From: Trichosphaerium sp. ATCC 40318 | Taxonomy: Eukaryota > Protista > Tubulinea | DNA length: 64,000 nucleotides | Assembly: GCA_038496445.1 (NCBI GenBank) | Contig: JALMLS010000446.1 | Location: 62,001 to 126,000 of the forward strand | Reading direction: 5' to 3' | Shown here: in pieces, positions 27,452 to 39,644 of the stretch | How the letters are laid out: every line of letters begins with the position of its first letter | Numbering within the stretch: the first letter of the stretch is position 1 | Translations under genes and position numbers: made by a program | Notes under the pieces: generated by a model | The model's database searches: none | What the model was told of the DNA's origin: nothing | Seen by the model: only the letters and a program-made list of their open reading frames with translations

Positions 27452-28339
27452 TTACAAAGTCAACTTTGAGCGCATTACCATGACAGGACATGGTGCGTGT
27501 TTCAAGATGTACTAAACAATAAACTTAGCAAAGTGAAAAAAACGCAAAAAAAACCAAGCATGCTGTGAGCTTTCTCGATACTTTTCCACCTCACACGGCA
27601 TGTGAAGAAGCGTCTTGTATCAATTATGCAGCACAACATAGTAGTAACAAAGCTTGGATAGTAAACAAAAACGTACCTCTGAAACACTGCCGAGTAATGT
27701 TTTCTTAAGACTCCTAAGAATGAAATTAGATTCACAGAAAACAATGTTCTTAGACTGGTGTTTGGTAGTTTCAATTTGGTACATACTTTTCGCGTTGTCC
27801 AGTGAGGATGTAGTCTACTTGTGTCGTTTTACAAAACTCAACGACAGCCTAGAAGAAAAAACATCAGAGCGAAGTTGTTTTTGGTTTTCTTGCAACTAGG
27901 GGAGTCACTTACCTTTCCAGGGTTATTGGCATGCACTGCTTGGAGTTCATAGGTCAAGCCAGCGGCGAGCTGGTTTCAGTTAGGAAAGAATGCAGTATTA
28001 ATCGCTTACTTTTGTTTTCTCGTCCTCTATCATTCGTTTGTACTTGTGTAGAAGGCCATCAGCTGCTTTTTTCTCGTCAAGTTTCGCAAAACAGTGAAAT
28101 AGTATTATCTACGCTATGTGGTAAGTATAAAGGCGCGTAAGAGCTCGAAGCGTTAAAAAATAGTTTATTAACGTCAAAATCATCTTATGTACCTTATCCT
28201 TTCGTTCTGGGTTTGCGAAATCATGAAAAACGCTAATTAAACGCGTTAGCCGTAAAAGGAAGAAATGTTAACGTCACCTCATGAACGCTTTATCAGCATG
28301 GTGAGATGGGTCAACGCAAAGAAGGTAAGTGATGCTCAT
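27452..28339 (-). CDS. Universal stress protein (UspA family); missed by the ORF track because exons are short
   Basis: Spliced product: MSITYLLCVDPSHHADKAF...NPGKAVVEFCKTTQVDYILTGQRE-SLKKTLLGSVSEYILKHAPCPVMVMRS*. Confidence 0.92.
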
Positions 28340-28783
28340 GATGTATGTTGTATGTTGTTATTATGGGTATTCTTAGATACCCAACACTTAACGCTGCTTA
28401 AGTCTTTTACCGAAAGCTGTACCACAGCTACGATTACACTGGTACGAAAAGTAGGCGTTGTAAAATAATATGGAATTCTATTTAGCTGATTATGAACTTA
28501 GCAACCTCCTAATCTCAACCAACAATCACTTAGTCCAAGTTTAAGCCTACTACTAAGTACTGTGTTACCACGGTAGTGGCCCAACGTTCTAATATATGCA
28601 ATCAAGGTGCCAGGTGCAATGAGCTGCCAACAAGCCAACCTATAAGTTGGGCGGCAATAAATGTTGTATTCACTGATTGCAGAATAACTATCAAGAAAAT
28701 ACGAGTACGACTGCAAAATATGAACACATAGGTTAAAATATAAGGGGTATTTTATACACTTTATTTACAATTTTTTTTTTCGA

Positions 28784-29501
28784 TCACAACATAACCGATT
28801 TTGTAGCAGTTTCGTCATCATCTGATGATTCATGCATACTAACTTCTATATGTTCTTTTGGTATGATCATATCACCTTCACGTATAAATCCTTCTGGTGT
28901 ATATTCTAGATTAACACGAAGTACTGGCGGGTTGTTTCTTCTCTTCCTTGACTTCAACTTGATATCAAAAGTGCCATCAAAAGGAGAAGTCAGTTTTCCA
29001 AATTTGTTCATATTGACAACTGCTCGTCCTAGAGTCTTATTGATTCCGCTTCTTCTTCTCCTCCTTACTTTGAATATTATAAGAAGAGCTTTACGTCTTT
29101 CCTGATTAATTTCAATAGGATCCAGCTTCGTATTCCATAAAACTTGTTGTCGGCTTGGTATTTTTTTTGTACTTTGTTTTTCATTTGTCGTTCCTCCTTC
29201 GCCCCAAACTCTTACTTCAACGAAATATACTCCGGCTCTCTTCTTGTCAACGTTCTGACTGAGCTGACGCGCATCCTCGACGCGGACAATTAATATTCCT
29301 TTATCAAACCTTGGAGCTCCCGTAAGGTCATGAAGTTGTCTCTCTGATTCTCTGTTTTTCGCTAGAGCTAAGAGTAAGTATAAAAATACAAACGAGGTTT
29401 TTAATTTTAAAATGTTTACCTTTTTTCTTGTGGTCGCGTACTGCAGCTACGACTGCGGCTGTGACTACTGCTGATCCTGCTAATATTAGAATGCCTGCCA
29501 T
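28784..29501 (-). CDS. C2-domain protein with N-terminal membrane anchor
   Basis: Hydrophobic N-terminus MAGILILAGSAVVTAAVV; C2-like GILIVRVEDARQL...YFVEVRV...QVLWN...KTLGRAVVNM. One intron. Confidence 0.78.
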
Positions 29502-29695
29502 TTGAGTTGTTGTATGTGTTGGTTTTGTATAAAATGACTATTTCAAGATTCGTCAATTATCGCCATCATTTTTGGTAACGTCAACTTTCGCAATTTTATC
29601 CGTTTTTCGCGAGTTTCCCCGGTTCAAATATAATTAGTATAGATACACGTACAATATAATACCATTATTTCAGGGCATAAAGTTAAAGAAGAGAT

Positions 29696-30325
29696 TCAGC
29701 GAAAACGTGAAAGTAATTCACGGGTCACCGCTTTTATGACTTCAGGCGTTCTTGGGGGTTCACTGTTTGGATATCCCGGATGGTACACGAACATTACACG
29801 ATAATATACTTTTAGCTGTAAACTTAACAAATACTTCATCAAATCATAAATCGTCATACTTTCGCCTAACAATAGTCGATAAGACCGAAACCTACTGTAG
29901 TTTGGTGTCATACGTACAGTCCCTAATTATACCAAGCTAATTGTACTTATGGTAGGTAAGCACCGTTGGCTCCAATTCAGACTCACCTTTGCTTTTCAAA
30001 CAAAGTTCTGCCCAACCTGTAATTAGTGTACACAATCGATATACTTCATTTTTCAGCTTTCATAGGAATGTTGCTAAAATGAGCTCTACTTTTTTCCAAA
30101 TTTTCTCCACAAGTTTCCCCACTACATCTCGCTATTGACTTCTGCACCGTGACGAAATTCTACAGACCACAAACATGCGAAAGGTGAGTTGCCAAAGTTA
30201 CTCGGATACGTCCGTTGCACGTGATTGTCTGTAGGGAGTGGCAACGAATGCGAGACTTTTTCAATCTTAATCGTGACATGTTTTGTAGACAGTTCTGGTA
30301 ATAGTAATACAAATATTTTATTCAT
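29696..30325 (-). CDS. Hypothetical small protein (splicing ambiguous; possibly degenerate)
   Basis: Open segments can be joined by GT-AG introns to end in ...ELLSRFR*. No recognisable domain. Confidence 0.4.
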
Positions 30326-30440
30326 TGAGTGCTCTGAGATAACCTCGTATGGTTTTTTTTTGTTTAAATTACAATACTAGTCACGAGCAAAAGCCCGATA
30401 AATAGTTTTTTTACAGAGTTTTTTTTTTACCATCTCTTAT

Positions 30441-33403
30441 TTACAGTACGTGCTCGTTGGCTTGTGATCTCTTTTTAGACTCATCTATACGCTCAGGTAT
30501 CTTTGATATAGTATTATTATGTTCTTTAGTACGTTTAAAATCCTCAGGGGTTGCAAGATCAAGCTCTCTAAGAGAAGCAAAGCTTACTTTTTTTATAGGT
30601 TTTGCTCGAAGTGTAGGTTCACTTTCTGATCTTACTACACTATTCTTTCTTTTATGCTTGCGTCCATGAACAAGTATAGATATTGGTCTTTCTTCTTTAC
30701 GCTTAATCTTAGGTGTTCTATCTATTTTGAATGTACGCCTTTTAACTGGTTGTATAGAGTCCATGCCTACTTGTAATATAGTTGATTCTTTCTCTATAAT
30801 CCTTCTTGAGCTATTTTCTAGTTTTGGTGTTAACAAGTGTTTTCATTTGCACGTGGAATTTTATTTTTGACATTTCTTCTTTTTTGCAAGGTTTTGTGGT
30901 ACGTACCTCGAAGTACACTATCAATTTCAGTTAATGTGTAGTCAGAAATATTGTTCATTTGTAGATTGAGTGAATATAATGATAAGTTACGCTGCAGTGA
31001 ATCAACTATTATATCTGAACCAGCTACAAAAAACCCAGTTGTAAGCGAATCATTGACTTGAATAAATCGTACGTTGTGCTATATTATTGAAACTTAGATC
31101 CATCGTTACCAAGCACTGAGTTGTACGTAAAAGGGCTAAAAAAATTAAATAAAAAACATAAAGTCTAAAGACCAAATGGGTACTTACCAGCAAAAGGTCG
31201 TGCACTGACATCACTAATATTATTTGAAGATACATTTACTGAAGTTACTGAACTATTTGCTTGTAGTCCTTTACAAAGTGCTGTAAATCCTACATCGCCT
31301 AAAGAAATTTCAGTTAGAGAAGACTAAAAAAGTAAATTTCTGCAAAAAAACCGTTTGTGTTCAATCCATGCTAACACGTGATACTATTGCTTGGACTTTG
31401 AAAAAAAAAAAAAAGTGTTTCGGCATTGTACGTGCCGATATTATTTTTTACAAGAGATAATGATGTTAGTGTAGTGTTATCACGTAAAGCCTATGTAAAT
31501 TAGTAAAAAAAAGAGGCAAAGAAAATGTTAGTTGAAAACAGTTTTTAATTGTCCGGTTCAGCACTTTTGGTACCTTTGATAGCTGAACAGCGCCTTCACT
31601 TCCAATATTATTATCATGAATCATCAAGGTCTGTAACGATTCATTTTCTGCTAATCCTTCAGCAATTTTGCCAACACCTAAACAATATCATCAATGAGTA
31701 ATTCTGTTCATCACGTGATGCATTTTTAGAAACCTCAAAGCGCTTGTTACCTTCGTCTGTGATAGCGTTGAAACTAAGGTTAAGAGTGCGTAGCATCTCT
31801 GTTTCGGCTAACAATTTACCGAGCTCTTCTGCGCCACCGTTGCCAATGTAGTTGCTACAAGATGTGAATATGTACAAGCTCTTGAAGCAATGAAATTTCT
31901 TACCTTGTAAGGTATAATGTTGTCACCGATAGATTGGTCTTTAGTGCACCACATAACTCTTTCACACCTTCATCTCTTAGAAGATTCTTATCGAGATATA
32001 AACACGATATCAGTGGGTTCTTATCAAGAACAGCCATTAGAACATCGACTTCCATCGAGCTTAGCTTTTTGTTAACAAGTCTCAACTCTGTGAACAAAAA
32101 AAATTAACACACAAACTGGTTGATCACGATATCATACCATTAGCATTTTTGGATCTCTCAATAGCTTTCATTATACGCCTTCGCGTATCAGCTGCTCCAA
32201 TACTAGCTTCCTTAGAATCTGAGTCTACTAGTTGAATATTTAGTGTAAAACCTTTTAATTGTGACACGGAAGATGATGTCACAACGGTATCACAGTTTAA
32301 AAACCAGTGAACGCCAAACGTACACTCTTGGCTAAAAGAATCTTCGCCCACATCTAAATCTGCCGCTGCTGGTTCATGTTTCGGGCCTTGTTAAACCAGT
32401 TAGAACTACAAGTTTGGCGCCCAGTTAAAAACTTGTGGTACGTTTTACAAAATCATTAATCTGCTGTACAAGATCTTCATCTATGTTGTTGCCTTCTAGG
32501 TGTAGTTTCTGAAGAGTCGTATTTGATTTCAATGCAGTGAGAATAGAAATGGCACCAGTGTTCGCTAGAAAAGTACGAATGTCAAGTCTATGAGTTCCAG
32601 GAGAACATTCTTAGCGCTTACTTATGGAATTTTTCTGTAGATCGAGGGTTACCAATGTGTCATTTTCAGCTAGTGCCTTCGCTAGTGCTTGTGCACCAAC
32701 GTCATCAATCTCATTACTTCGCAGCCTACATCATGGATTAAACAAAAAATGGCATAGGTGAAAATAACGTTGAGTTTTCGTAAAATTTTTATAACGTTGT
32801 AATAAAGAAGAGTAAACGAAAGGACTGGTGTATGCTTCTCTATGTGAGGTATTATGATTCGTACCAAAGAGCCTTAAGCGTTTTGTTTATTCGAAGAGCA
32901 TCAGCCATATATTTAGCGCCATAGGAACCTAGGCTAGAGGGCGTAAGATCAGAGAGGAATTTTTTACAACCGAAAACTGAAAAGGCACGTGACCCAGAAT
33001 AGTAAAAACGATAAATGCAATTTATCCCAGTATGATATTTGTACCTGTTGTACCAAATGTAAAGAGTTTGCAGGGAAGTATTTAATTTAATAGCGTTGGC
33101 TATTTCGCGAGCACCAAGAGAGCCAATCCGATTACCTATTTTAAAGCCAGTTAGGTGTAACTGCAGTCATGTTTCACTCATCCCCTTGTGATTTTTTCTA
33201 AACGCACCATATAGGTTTAGAGATGTCAGCGGAGGGTTCCTACGCAGAAATTGACCTAGTTGCTTTGCTCCAACGTCTCCTATCTCCTTTTGATGTAAAT
33301 TAACGCAATTCACTTGTGGATCAAGCATTTGTCTTATAATCTAACATTTGAAGCTCTTAGAAGTATTCTTATAACAGTTTTAGAAGTAACTTACTGGTTC
33401 CAT
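30441..33403 (-). CDS. RNI-like leucine-rich repeat protein (NLRC3/CARMIL-type LRRs) with a basic C-terminal tail
   Basis: Many 28-aa repeats of the type LxxNxxLxxLxLxxNxIGxxGA (e.g. NTSLQTLYIW, NLSVTTLYL, ALRDNTTLTSLSLVKNNIG). Many introns. Confidence 0.9.
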
Positions 33404-33599
33404 TTGTGGGGATGTCCTATAAAGTGAACATTAGTGTTCTTTATTCAATAAGTAGGAAGGTTTGCTAACGCGTCACAAAGCCTCCGGTATCATTCTTTAG
33501 AATGTTTCGGTGTCATTGCTCACGAATTTTTTGAAAAAAAGGTGATAGGGATACCACACAGAGCGGACTCTATGTTGGCAAAAATCGGTTTGTAATTTT

Positions 33600-34477
33600 T
33601 TTCAGGGATATTTTAGCACGTTTTTTCAAACAGTATTTCCTTTAATGGTGACGTACTGGTTTCCCATTGTTACTGCAGTTATATAGGTGCTTTACACTTT
33701 GGGCTTTTTTTTGGTTTTATTTTAATTATGAGTTTGTTTAAGCGCTAAATGGATGTTTAGATGTTCATTAAGGCGAATACAAGGATTTTACTGAAAATGA
33801 GTGGGTATTTAGGCGGTTACCTTTACTTTTAAACGTGCTTTCCTTTCAAGCAGTCTGCAATTAGACAACGTCTTGTTCTACTATGTTGTATTGCAGTATT
33901 TGGTTCAAACGTTAGCTATTTTTCTATGGTCAACGAGAGCTTTTAAATGAAAAAAAAATGCAATCTCAGTGGCTTTCAACATTATCGAAACGCACTTGTT
34001 TAACGCTCACATTAATCTTTACTCTCTATCACATTCTTCTGCAGCACATATGAACTTTGGTGGCTACTTTACAAATATCTTACTCTGAGTAGTTTATGTC
34101 AAATAATGCCTTCTGGCGAACTAGGCGCTACAAGTAAACCACGAGAAAAAGCGAGCCATGGTTTGGAAGTTTTCAGACACTTCACGCTGAAATATGTGCA
34201 AAACAGCATGAATGAATGTTAGTAGTGAAGTAAACCAACCTTGCCGATAAGGTAAGTGGTTTTATTTCAAAATAAGTATTTATAAAAAAAGTGGTTTAAA
34301 CTCATGAACAGCCACTACACGCGCGTCCTACATCTTTATAATTACCAACCAACTACTGCAATTGTAGAAAAGTTTTTACATGTTTTAAATCAACATTAAA
34401 CCTCTATCTGATCTCCTTTCACTTCTTAAGATAACACGTATCTCGCCATTGATTTCAGCAGATAGAAATCTCTGAAA
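33600..34477. ncRNA. Putative large folded intergenic element (candidate structured RNA)
   Basis: At least seven nested colinear helices, e.g. 33890-33905/34347-34362 (15/16 bp) and 33968-33978/34305-34316. Confidence 0.55.
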
Positions 34478-34487
34478 TCGGAACAAC

Positions 34488-36999
34488 ATGAAGGCCTTGC
34501 AGTACGCATAAATCGTTCCTTTCGCTAGGTGAGCACTACCTATGCAAACCATAAAACATATTGATACCACAAGGCTCGCTGCGTGTCGTTACCAGATGCA
34601 TAGCGTCCCTTCTCAAAGTGCTAAAGCAATGGACTATGTCCAAGCGCTGTTTGGTATGTACCCATACCTATGTCTTATAGTATAAATGATATACCCTGCG
34701 TCGAGTAGCGTTAACTCTTTTGAAATAAAAAAAAAAACGGTTCATCTACTCGGTCCCTTATATCGCCCCAACCTTCATCATCTATCGTTTTATATGCTTA
34801 CCAATACTAGATCGCGATGCGCAGCAACAACAAAGAACAACAAGGAACTTTCCGCCACTCCCAGAACCTAAAGAAGTACCTCCAACAACTACAGAGCCAC
34901 ACAGCTCTCCCAAGTCATCAAGAAAAGCCTCTAAATCATACCGTAAAAGGATACGTGTTAGAACAAACTCTCTTTTGCGTAAGTACACCACAAACAAAGT
35001 ATAATAAAATCCCAACTCACAAAACACCGCTTTGACATCTTTTTCTTGCTTTAGACGTTACAGAAAAACAGAAGAGCAAAAAAGTTTCAAAAAGGCTCTC
35101 CTTAGGTCCGCAGTACTTTGTTCATAATAAGTCCGCACCTACACGCAAACAGCGCACGTCTGCGCCGGAGCTTTTAATGAAAGCCAAACATAATTACAGA
35201 GGACTCAATAGTAGCAGTAGTTCCGCTGACTCTGCTAAAGAAAATACATCACGTGTTTCAACAATAAGAAACAAGTTTAATGCCAGAAGCACGCCTACAT
35301 CGCTCAGTGACCCACTATCACGTACGTCTCCGGGAAAACAAAGAAAACTAAACACAAACACCTAATTGGAGGGAAAACCAAGCAAAGAAAACGAGCATAA
35401 CTGCTAAACACAGTTTGTTGTTCGGTTTTTTTTTTTTCACACGATTTTTAACGTTAAAACATCCAACTACAGTAGTGTAAATAACACCTTATATTAGGCG
35501 TAAGTCAATCACCAAAGAGGATAAAAAAGTCTGCTTCAAAGGGAGCCCGTAAAGGTCGTTCAAGGTCGTATACTCCTAGACCACAGTTTTCTTTTGATAC
35601 AAGAGCGAAGGTTAGTTTCGAAATTGTTCACTGTTTTTTTGTGCTTTTTTCTAACATTACCAAAGAGCGCTAGTGGTCATAGTCACCCTCAAAAACCAAC
35701 TTTTCACCGCAAACGTACGTAGTTACCGCCAATTGCTGCAATGGCTGCAAGATTTTAAGTTCCTTTTTTCTCGCTAAAAATTCCGTTTAGGATTTAAAGA
35801 AGAGGCTGCCGTTCGTTACACTTTTGAGCTAGCAGAGTACGTACAATATCTTAGCAATAATATCTAAGCAGTTTTTATAGAGAACATTGTCAACGTATAT
35901 CAGCGACATGGTCTTGTATTGAGGCGATGGATAACTTGGAGGATCCAGCGCTTTCAGGTGTATACAGATTCTCTGATGTGTGTATCGAGACAATGCAAAT
36001 TCTTGACGTAAATATGTGCCGTTTCTTTAGCCAAGGGTCAACACACCAGGCCAGGGACTTGATGAAGATAATGAGAGCACTCACAAAATATTTTGATAAA
36101 AAAGAAACGCTTGCAAAGCTATTTTTACAAATGGGTGAGCGACACTGCATATACGGAGTTGAACCAAAACAATATGGATACCTTTGTACAGCTATAATTA
36201 CTGGTCTTGAGACTATACTTGGTATATCATTCGACGCAGCTTCAAATCAAGCATGGGAAGCTTTATTTAAGGAGTTCACAAGACTGTTGGTAAGTGATGT
36301 CCTCCAATATGTTCAAACTACTTTTCTTGCATATTTTTTTTTCTAACTTATCATCTCTAGGTTGAAGGCGCTAATAGATCACGTGTTGAAACGAAGCAAC
36401 TATGTTCAATATGTACACAAGGTACGAGATTATAAATTTCTCGTTTTCCGTTTTTTTTTAAATTATCACGTGTCCAAAAAAAAATTAACACGTGATTAAT
36501 TTAGAATTCACTCGTTGGTCAAGTAAATGGAGAGAATACTATATCGTTGTAAATAATGATGGAGTTAATGTATACAGAAACAGACGTGCTAAAAAACCAA
36601 AATTCACTTGGCCTTACAATGAAATCTCTTACATAGGTGCGTACCTTACTTAATCACAGTTCGACTTAAGAAATTACAAAAAAATCGCATCTAGCTTTAC
36701 CTTGAACTGCTCCGGTTTTGTTTTTGTCAATTAAACAATACCATGTCTTTCTTTATTTACCATTTATTAACTTTTTGCTTTAAGGCTCTGCTACGCTACC
36801 TGTATCAAGTTCAAAACAGGATTTATGCTTTGAAGTAGTTGCAGAAGGAGAAAAATTTTTCGTGTATCCAATAACAAAAGCGAGTGCTGATAGTAACGAT
36901 GCTAAAGAATCTTTATCACATGAAATCGCATGGCGTGCAGCTGCTAGCCAAAGAGATACTTCGTTGCTTATATCATCACAAAGGATAGAAGCATTGTAA
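34488..36999 (+). CDS. Globin domain + C-terminal PH-like domain protein with a low-complexity N-terminus
   Basis: Globin: ISATW (A12 Trp), HQARDL (E7 Gln), MGERHCIYGV (F8 His), AWEALF. PH-like: SKWREYYIVV...VNVYRN...LCFEVV...KFFV. Confidence 0.82.
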
Positions 37000-37244
37000 A
37001 ACAATAACAAAAAAATCAAACTAAACTGTATAGATAATAAACAATGTATTGTACTAAAGTGTTTATATTATCTTACGTCTTGAAGTGATTCTCTCAATAG
37101 CGCTTTATTACAAATTTAATTGCAACGAAACATATACACTGTAATGAGAGCACTGAGTAATGGTAAGAAGGTGTATGGCAAGTACAAATACAATTTTGAC
37201 ACAAACGAACTAGGCGTATTAAAAAAGACACGATATTTTATTTC

Positions 37245-38574
37245 TCATCGCATGTGAGGAGCTCTTGGTTCTGGACCAGCTTTTATTTGTTTCCATATTT
37301 CCTCCTGCTCTTTTTCAGCCATAAAATACTCTTCATTACAAAACTGACATTCAACCTTTGGTGTTTCTCCTTCTTTGAACATTTTCAAAAAATCAGGAAA
37401 AGACTTCTCTCCAAGCATTGCAAGGTTTGTCATACATCTTGATTTAGAACAACGACAATGAAAGTCTACTGGATAATTTATACGCGATCTTGGATTTTTA
37501 GGTAGTTCTTCGCCAAACACAAGGTCCAAGACTTCTTCAAGATATTGTGTTTCTTCTGTAAATAAAACATCAAGAGGAGGCAATTTGTAGTCAATCTGGT
37601 GTCTCAAATCCTCTAAGTCTTCATTAACGTCCTTAGTAGCATCTGGTAATGTCTTAATATATAGTCCACCAGAAAATAGAACTAAAAGAAATCAGTCAAC
37701 ATCAAGAACGCGAAAACAAAAAAAACACGCTTGGTTTTTTTAACGGTTTTTTCATCTTGTAAGAAATCGAAGTAGAATGGTGTTTAGTGCTTGCGTTCGT
37801 CTTTTTTATCGTATCCAGTGTATAACCTCATAATAGCAGGTTGTTGATCACCTCTTAAACAAAAGTTTTCAACATCTCCAGCAACATCAGCTGTTGTCAA
37901 AGATACAATCGAACTCATTGGCTTTGCATTTTCATAGAGATACTGGAATACCGTCAGTGAGCCCTTACGCATACACATGCCAATAGGCATACTCGGCATA
38001 TGATATTCAGGACGTGTTAGGTACCCATTGAGCTCGCCTGTTCGACCAGCGCGAATCGTCATTCTCTGCAATTGTTAACGCCTATTTTTTGATTAAAGCG
38101 TCGTACCTCAATTGGGCCTTTTGCGTTAAAATCGAGCACCACTCGCTCTTTTAAACCAAGAAATGAGCTCATTAAAGCGCCAGCGCTTAATCCCCGTCCT
38201 ATTGGAATAAATACAATAAAATATTGCTCTGTGGGTACCTAAGAGCTTTGCTGTTGTGTTTGTAAGCTTATGTCTTTCTTTTGCTTTGGCGGTAGCTTTT
38301 GTGTTGTTCACTGTACAAATTAACGTTTTTCATGCATAATGACGGCGTACCAATAGCAATTCGAAACTTATCTGTAAAAGTAACCAACATACCGTCTCTG
38401 GTACGCTGAAACCAATAAATAAACGAAAGGGCAGTACATAAACGAAACTCGTACCCTTCTCTCTTCATACTGTGTGCCTGTCAATGAATCGACTTTTGTT
38501 ACATAAAAACGTGATTTTAACGTTGATTTACGCGTATACAGGGCTGTAGACAGCCGTTGCCTTGCACACAGCAT
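37245..38574 (-). CDS. hslO: Hsp33 (HslO) family redox-regulated chaperone, mitochondrial presequence
   Basis: LLGRGLSAGALMSSFL, GPIERMTI...GELNGY, SGGLYIKTLP, and the Zn motif HCRCS...ECQFCNEEY. Arg/Ser/Thr-rich N-terminus. Confidence 0.92.
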
Positions 38575-38620
38575 TGTGACTTAGATGAAAAGTTTTAAGT
38601 CATCGTACAGCATCAAAACC

Positions 38621-39377
38621 ATGGCAGGTTCAAACAAAGACATGGAGAGTAAACTCCTTAGATCCCAAATTAAATCATTAGGTATATTTAAAACGCAATT
38701 ATCCACGTGATTTTGTTTTCTAACCAAAAAACCGTTTTAGATGAAGAAATCGCTGATTTGACGGAGAAAACGAATAACCTACAGCAACAGAACTCTTATT
38801 TAAAAAAACAGAATATTAAAATGCGTCTAGAGACAATAGAATTGAAGCAAGTAAATGAGTGAGTACACAAGGGCCATATCATTTACTCCAAAGAGCTACC
38901 AGTATTTTTAGAGAATTGTTGGAAAAAACAAAAGATATCAAACCATCAAAATCGCCTCCACCAGAGCCAGTGGTTCAAACTCAAGTGCCTGTAAGAGAAA
39001 TCCAATACTGATAAATCACTTACTTACAGAGATGTAGGATAAAGAGATAATGCAACTGATAGCAGCGCTACGACAAGAAATATCAAGCATGCAATATAGT
39101 TTTAGACATTTTCTAAGTTTCTTTAGGAATTAATAACGTTCCGGCTGCAACAGGTGGAGAGGGCTTAGACCAAGTTGAAATGAACTTGGAGAAGCTTAAA
39201 TGTATGGTTGACGTATTAGACAAGTCTGTTGAGAACCATACTGAACATGCAGTATCTAATCATCGTACCACATGGAGGATAGTGATTGCTACTTTAGTTT
39301 TTTGTACAATGTTTGTAGGACTTTATCTTGTACTACGTACTGTAATTGAAGGGAAGCCTCATCGCTACTATTATTAA
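38621..39377 (+). CDS. Coiled-coil protein with a C-terminal transmembrane anchor
   Basis: Heptad-rich exons; C-terminal hydrophobic segment IVIATLVFCTMFVGLYLVL. Confidence 0.75.
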
Positions 39378-39644
39378 AACACAATGCGTCAATGCAATTT
39401 AAACTCTTTTCTTACCATTTAAGTCCCCAGAAGCCACAAGCCAGATCGACATTTGATTCGCAGATTCTGGCCAAGAAAACTTGCACAATTTTGTAGTACA
39501 TGACGTAAAAAACTCTAAAACGAAGCAAATAGCAAAGTAAACGTCTACATAATCCAACCTGAAACAAAGGGCAGAAAAGTTTTTAAGTTAATGTTTGACA
39601 TGCTTAAACAGGCTTGTAAACATTTAGCGTGTGCGTCAACGACA

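Noticed and set aside
30160-30209. GTATCC donor as a second U12 intron
   Set aside because: No CCTTAAC-type branch point, and the frame cannot be restored with it.
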